64,000 nucleotides of DNA from an uncultured Gemmatimonadaceae bacterium. Its GTDB lineage: Bacteria > Gemmatimonadota > Gemmatimonadetes > Gemmatimonadales > Gemmatimonadaceae. A program made the position numbers and the translations under genes. The stretch is from the NCBI GenBank assembly GCA_963781585.1, contig CAWAGQ010000008.1, positions 256,001 to 320,000 on the forward strand, read 5' to 3'. Every line of letters begins with the position of its first letter. Position 1 is the stretch's first letter. Positions 59,455 through 64,000 of this stretch are shown here, piece by piece. Below the pieces are notes generated by a model. It did not search any database, had not been told where the DNA came from, and saw only the letters and a list, made by a program, of their open reading frames with translations.

Positions 59455-61509
59455 ATGTCTACTTTCGATTCTGACGCGCGGGTCGCCGGACCGCGCGGAC
59501 TACTGCTCGCGCGACTCTGGGCTGTCGCGCTGCTGGTGCTCGGAATCCTGCCCATCGCCAACTGGATTCCCGGCGGGCATGATGCACCCTGGTATCGGGT
59601 CTCACTGGACGAGTGGCTCTACGGCACACTCATCGCCGTTGGCGTAACCGCGATCATCGCAATTTTTTCCCGACGCCTTCCGTCCGGCCTCAGCGACGTC
59701 ACTGAGAGCCTGGCGGCGCGTGCCGGCCGTGGACACCGGACTGCCACTGTCGCGCTGACGATGCTGGCCTTTTGTCTCTATGCGGCAATCGCGCGCTGGG
59801 TCTTCTCGGCGAAGCCACTCTTGATTGACGAGATCGTGCAGGTGATGCAGGCCCGAATATTCGCTGCAGGACGACTGGTGCGGACTGCGCTTTCGGCTCC
59901 GGAGTTCTTCAGCGCTCTCAACGTCGTTGATTTCAACGGACGGACATTCTCCCAGTTTCCCCCGGGGGGCCCGTTGATGCTGACGCCAGGAGTTCTTCTG
60001 GGAGTTGCGTGGCTGACTGGTCCAGTTTTTGGCGCGCTTTCTGTGGCCGTGTACTGGCAGATTGTGCGCAACGCGGAGTCCCGCCAGACGGTGGCGCTCG
60101 GCGCGGCGATACTGTTCGCGCTCGCGCCGTTCATGGTCTTCATGGCCGGCTCCCATATGAACCATGTGCCGACGCTGTTCTGGCTTTGCCTCGCGATGTG
60201 GGCTCTGCAGCGACTCGTGCAAGGCAGCGGACCATCGCCATACCTCGCGGCGTTGTGCGGAACGTCATTCGGCGTGATGGCGACGATCCGGCCCGTCGAT
60301 GCTTTGGCATTCGCCCTTCCTGCCGGCGTGTGGCTGCTGACGCGCGCGAGCCGTGAGCGAGACGGCTGGCGTGATCTGGTTGTCGCTGGAGCAGGGGTTG
60401 CTGTACCGCTGCTCATGCTGCTGGCATTCAATGCGGATAGCACAGGCAAGCCGTTCCTCTTCGGCTACGAGTTGCTCTGGGGGAAAAGCCATGCCCTTGG
60501 CTTTCACCGGGCGCCGTGGGGCGTCTCGCATACGCCGGAACGCGGCCTGGAGTTGGTCAATCTCTACTTCCTCCGGCTGCAGAACTACCTGTTTGAAACT
60601 CCCGTCCCGTCGTTGGTCCCGTGTGCAATTGCACTTGCGTTGACGCCGGCCGTTCGGGCCTTCGACCGGTATCTTCTCTGGGGAAGCGCCTTGCTCGTCA
60701 CAAGCTATTTCGCGTACTGGCATGACGGGTTCTTTCTTGGGCCGCGTTTCTTCTACCTGCTGCTTCCCGCGCTCGTCCTGTGGACTGCCCGTTTCCCATC
60801 GCTGGTTCGAGCTCGCCTGCCACGATTCCCGAGCGCGCGTCGCATCATTCTGATTGGTTATGCGGCGAACGCGTGTGTGGCGCTCGTGGTGTCTGTGCCG
60901 GTACGGGTCAAGCAATACGCTGGCGGATTGACGTCAATGCGCCAAGACTTCGGCAATGCGGCATCTGTTTCGGGCGTGCATGACGCGCTCATTCTTATCC
61001 GGGAAAGCTGGGGAGCACAGATCATCGCGCGATTGTGGGGCCTCGGTGTCCCGCGAAGTGACGCGGAGCGGATCTACTGGGGCGTGGACACCTGCGAGCT
61101 GGAGCGGGCTGTGTCGAACCTCGAGCGTTCAGGCATGCGAGGTGAGTTGGCGGTGAATGCGCTGCGGCCGTTGCTCCGTGATTCGGTTCGTCTTGTGCGG
61201 AGTGATCTATCGCCTGATTCAACGGAGCGTGTTCTGCCGGGTTCGAACTACGGGTCCGTCTGTGCTGAGCGAATCACCGAGGACCGTGCGGGATATACCT
61301 TTCTTGCGCCGACGCTCGCGATGGACCCGGGAACGAATGTGTACGCGCGGGATCTGCATCAGCGCGACACCCTTCTGTTCCATGAGTTTCCCGGGCGGCC
61401 AGTGTTCCTCTTGCGACCTCGTACCGGCGCGCTGGGTGCGCCGCTGGACCTGATGTCGGTTTCGCTCGATTCCGCTCGCGCCGACTGGCGCCTCGCACCC
61501 GAGCACTGA
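59455..61509 (+). CDS. GT-C (ArnT/PMT-like) polytopic membrane glycosyltransferase
   Basis: Many TM helices, DE motif in the first loop (LIDEIV), SQFPPG, GPRF. Confidence 0.7.
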   Translation: MSTFDSDARVAGPRGLLLARLWAVALLVLGILPIANWIPGGHDAPWYRVSLDEWLYGTLIAVGVTAIIAIFSRRLPSGLSDVTESLAARAGRGHRTATVALTMLAFCLYAAIARWVFSAKPLLIDEIVQVMQARIFAAGRLVRTALSAPEFFSALNVVDFNGRTFSQFPPGGPLMLTPGVLLGVAWLTGPVFGALSVAVYWQIVRNAESRQTVALGAAILFALAPFMVFMAGSHMNHVPTLFWLCLAMWALQRLVQGSGPSPYLAALCGTSFGVMATIRPVDALAFALPAGVWLLTRASRERDGWRDLVVAGAGVAVPLLMLLAFNADSTGKPFLFGYELLWGKSHALGFHRAPWGVSHTPERGLELVNLYFLRLQNYLFETPVPSLVPCAIALALTPAVRAFDRYLLWGSALLVTSYFAYWHDGFFLGPRFFYLLLPALVLWTARFPSLVRARLPRFPSARRIILIGYAANACVALVVSVPVRVKQYAGGLTSMRQDFGNAASVSGVHDALILIRESWGAQIIARLWGLGVPRSDAERIYWGVDTCELERAVSNLERSGMRGELAVNALRPLLRDSVRLVRSDLSPDSTERVLPGSNYGSVCAERITEDRAGYTFLAPTLAMDPGTNVYARDLHQRDTLLFHEFPGRPVFLLRPRTGALGAPLDLMSVSLDSARADWRLAPEH

Positions 61510-62023
61510 GGGAAGCGCGCCCGGATCATCGTCAGCTCCGCACAAGACCTTCGCGCTCTCCGACTTCCTATGCCCGGGCGGCAACAGATGTGAGCCACGC
61601 CTCGAGGTTACCGTGACCCAATACGCAAATTAGTCGCTAGTGGTGTTTAAATACTAATACAGGCCGAATCAGCAGAGTGATCATTTGAACTCATCGCAGA
61701 TGAAAACGCGGGATTCCAAGCGCGTCCTTCGTCGCTGGCAGCTGCCAAGACGGTCGCAATGTGGCTGCCAGATGCCAAGACCATCGCAAGCCGAAAGCGA
61801 CGTAGTATCCGACGGCGGGACCAGGACGATCGAGTCGGAGAAACGGCCTGCCCCGTCAACCAGGTCCTCTGCGGACATCCTGGCAAGAAGCTCCGTTCTC
61901 AAATGACGAAGACCCAGCTCCGCCGCGGCGATGACGCCCTGATCGGCGGCTGCACATCTCCGCTGGGTGGTGCACCTGTCCCCTCATCGGCTTGGATTAA
62001 TCCGACAAGCACAGATGCCGTAG

Positions 62024-62039
62024 TGTTTCACGTGAAACG
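62024..62039. promoter_or_regulatory. parS centromere site TGTTTCACGTGAAACG
   Basis: 15/16 match to TGTTTCACGTGAAACA, directly upstream of parA. Confidence 0.9.
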
Positions 62040-62120
62040 CCACACCCTTCCGCTGGCTCCTGCCGTCGGTTAGCGCTATGTTCGTCGCAATTCTCCGCCG
62101 CCATTCATGCTTTCAGCGCT

Positions 62121-62945
62121 GTGACGCACATTATAGCGATCGCGAACCAAAAGGGGGGTGTTGGTAAGACCACTACCGCGGTCAACCTTGCCGCTTCCCT
62201 TGCCGCAGCCAACCATACGGTGCTCTTGGTGGACGGGGATCCTCAGGCGAACGCATCCAGCGCGGTGGGGCTGAGGAGCGGGAGTTTGCATGGCACACTC
62301 TACGACGTACTCATTGGCCGGAGGGCAGTTGAGGAGACAATCTCTCGCGAAGTACAGTTCCAAGGCTTGGACGTTCTCCCATCGACGCCAGATTTGGCAG
62401 GGGCGGAAGTTGAACTCGTCAGCGTACCAAGACGTGAGTTCGCGATGTCAGACGTCATTCGCTCCCTAAACCGCTCTTACGACTTCATCCTGATCGACTG
62501 CCCGCCATCGCTTGGGCTTCTGACAGTCAACATGCTGGCCGCAGCGGACGGAGTGCTTATCCCCCTTCAGTGCGAGTACTTCGCCCTTGAGGGCCTCACG
62601 CAGCTTCTTGAGACGATCCGTCTTGTCCAGGGAGCAGTAAACTCCGGCCTCGTGATCTACGGAGTTCTTCTAACCATGTATGACGCCAGGTTGAACCTCT
62701 CGAGGCAGGTCGCCACCGACGCGCGTCAATACTTCGGGCAGCTGGTCTTTCGGACTGTCATTCAGAGAAACATCCGTTTAGCAGAAGCTCCCAGTTTTGG
62801 ACAGTCAATCCTGCGATATGACATCGGCTCTGTTGGAGCTCAGGCGTATCTCCAATTGGCAGTGGAACTTGTTTCACGGCTGACAACGGATGTTCCCTTA
62901 GAGATTTCCTCCGCAACGGCACCATTTCCGACCGGTGATCAATGA
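62121..62945 (+). CDS. parA: Chromosome partitioning ATPase ParA/Soj
   Basis: NQKGGVGKTT, DPQAN, DCPPSLG, LAEAPSFG. Confidence 0.96.
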   Translation: MTHIIAIANQKGGVGKTTTAVNLAASLAAANHTVLLVDGDPQANASSAVGLRSGSLHGTLYDVLIGRRAVEETISREVQFQGLDVLPSTPDLAGAEVELVSVPRREFAMSDVIRSLNRSYDFILIDCPPSLGLLTVNMLAAADGVLIPLQCEYFALEGLTQLLETIRLVQGAVNSGLVIYGVLLTMYDARLNLSRQVATDARQYFGQLVFRTVIQRNIRLAEAPSFGQSILRYDIGSVGAQAYLQLAVELVSRLTTDVPLEISSATAPFPTGDQ

Positions 62946-63847
62946 CAGATCCAGTACCACAGGACAAGGCTCAACGGCTGGGGCGGGGACTTGGGGCGCT
63001 CATTGCGCCAGTCAAAGCTCCCGTTGGCGCCGCACAAGGGGAACGGTTGCGGGACATTCAACTGACGTCGATCGTCCCGAATCCGCATCAGCCGCGACGG
63101 CAATTCCGGACCGATGATCTCACGGAACTTGAGAACAGCCTGCGTACCAACGGACTGCTCCAACCAATCACAGTTAGGGTTACAGGCGGTGCCTACGAGC
63201 TCATTGCCGGCGAGCGCCGTGTTCGTGCTGCGCGTGCATTGGGCTGGACTTCCATTCCTGCCATAGTTCGCGAAAGCAGCGCCTCTCAATCGTTGAGCTT
63301 GGCACTCGTTGAGAACCTGCAGCGCCAAGACTTGAACCCTATCGAAGAGGCTGAGGGCTACAGCCGGCTCATGCACGATTTCGGCCTCACCCAGCTCGAA
63401 GTAAGCGAGGCGGTAGGAAGAGATCGCTCCACGGTGGCAAACTTGCTTCGCCTTCTCAATCTTCCCGCTGAAGTGCAGCAGTTCGTTCGAGACAGTCTCC
63501 TCACGGAGGGGCACGCACGTGCCCTGCTCGCGCTCCCAGACGCTGGCTCAGTACTCGCCGTTGCCCGCCAAGCAATCAAACGAAAGTTGACCGTTCGCGA
63601 TGTTGAGCGTCTTGCACAAGAAGGAAGAGCGAAGCCGCGCAAGCAGCAGGATCAATCAAGCGATCTGGAGACTGGCGCTCCAGAAGTACGTCGTATGCGC
63701 GATCGGCTACGGCGCTATTTGCAGACCGACGTCGAGATCGTCGCGAAAGACAACACGCAGGGGGAACTCCGAATCCGGTTTTACTCCCCTGATGACCTGG
63801 AGCGACTCCTGGAGCTGATCACCGGCAAGATGGAGCATGGCCCATGA
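62942..63847 (+). CDS. parB: Chromosome partitioning protein ParB/Spo0J
   Basis: LGRGLGAL, NPHQPR, AGERR, ENLQRQDLNPIEEA. Confidence 0.96.
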   Translation: MTDPVPQDKAQRLGRGLGALIAPVKAPVGAAQGERLRDIQLTSIVPNPHQPRRQFRTDDLTELENSLRTNGLLQPITVRVTGGAYELIAGERRVRAARALGWTSIPAIVRESSASQSLSLALVENLQRQDLNPIEEAEGYSRLMHDFGLTQLEVSEAVGRDRSTVANLLRLLNLPAEVQQFVRDSLLTEGHARALLALPDAGSVLAVARQAIKRKLTVRDVERLAQEGRAKPRKQQDQSSDLETGAPEVRRMRDRLRRYLQTDVEIVAKDNTQGELRIRFYSPDDLERLLELITGKMEHGP

Positions 63848-63889
63848 CTGAGCCGCTCGATGCAGATGTGCTGAACTCACGGAGACCAC

Positions 63890-64000
63890 ATGGCGCTCTT
63901 CAACAAACCACCTAACGAGCTGATGCCACAGCGACCAGAACCGTCCCCAGTTCCCGAAGGCACCCCCTCGGTCATTGCGCCGGGAATGAAGATCGTCGGC
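63890..64000 (+). CDS. Bactofilin (polymer-forming cytoskeletal protein), 5' partial
   Basis: GGAG RBS; MALFNKPP...PSVIAPGMKIVG matches the start of a bactofilin beta-helix. Confidence 0.7.
   Translation, partial: MALFNKPPNELMPQRPEPSPVPEGTPSVIAPGMKIVG

Noticed and set aside
61510..62020. oriC or rsmG remnant
   Set aside because: No DnaA-box cluster and no methyltransferase motif seen.
63844..63915. 23-codon ORF coupled to the parB stop
   Set aside because: Overlaps the bactofilin start out of frame and has no supporting features.

Overview
Chromosomal window from a GC-rich bacterium. Gene content and style suggest Gemmatimonadota; this is inference. The window is probably origin-proximal, since the right end carries mnmG, a parS palindrome, parA, parB and a bactofilin. 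Most genes are housekeeping or envelope genes: a TldD/TldE pair, a Ser/Thr kinase, tRNA-Cys, two glutamine synthetases (types III and I), mqnD, ctpA, a cold-shock protein, nagZ, yggX, a desaturase, divergent argCBD/argRGH with ARG boxes, ispG, an M16 peptidase pair and murB. No CRISPR array, transposase or integrase was seen. Best leads: (1) a candidate mini-regulon in which a 23-bp palindrome overlaps the promoters of an NrtR-like regulator and a neighbouring small protein ending in a sliding-clamp-type motif, with a third partial site upstream of parAB; (2) a plasmid-type replication initiator embedded in a chromosomal MerR-SDR operon; (3) a membrane-anchored protein with a degenerate [FeFe]-hydrogenase/Nar1-like domain; (4) a perfect Rex-type operator upstream of a blue-copper lipoprotein; (5) a dual sigma70/sigma54 promoter with NtrC-like but N8-spaced palindromes upstream of GSIII; (6) a GTAG-REP-like 22-bp tandem array; (7) several degenerate or broken genes. 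All calls come from manual motif reading, with no database searches, and several start codons are uncertain.
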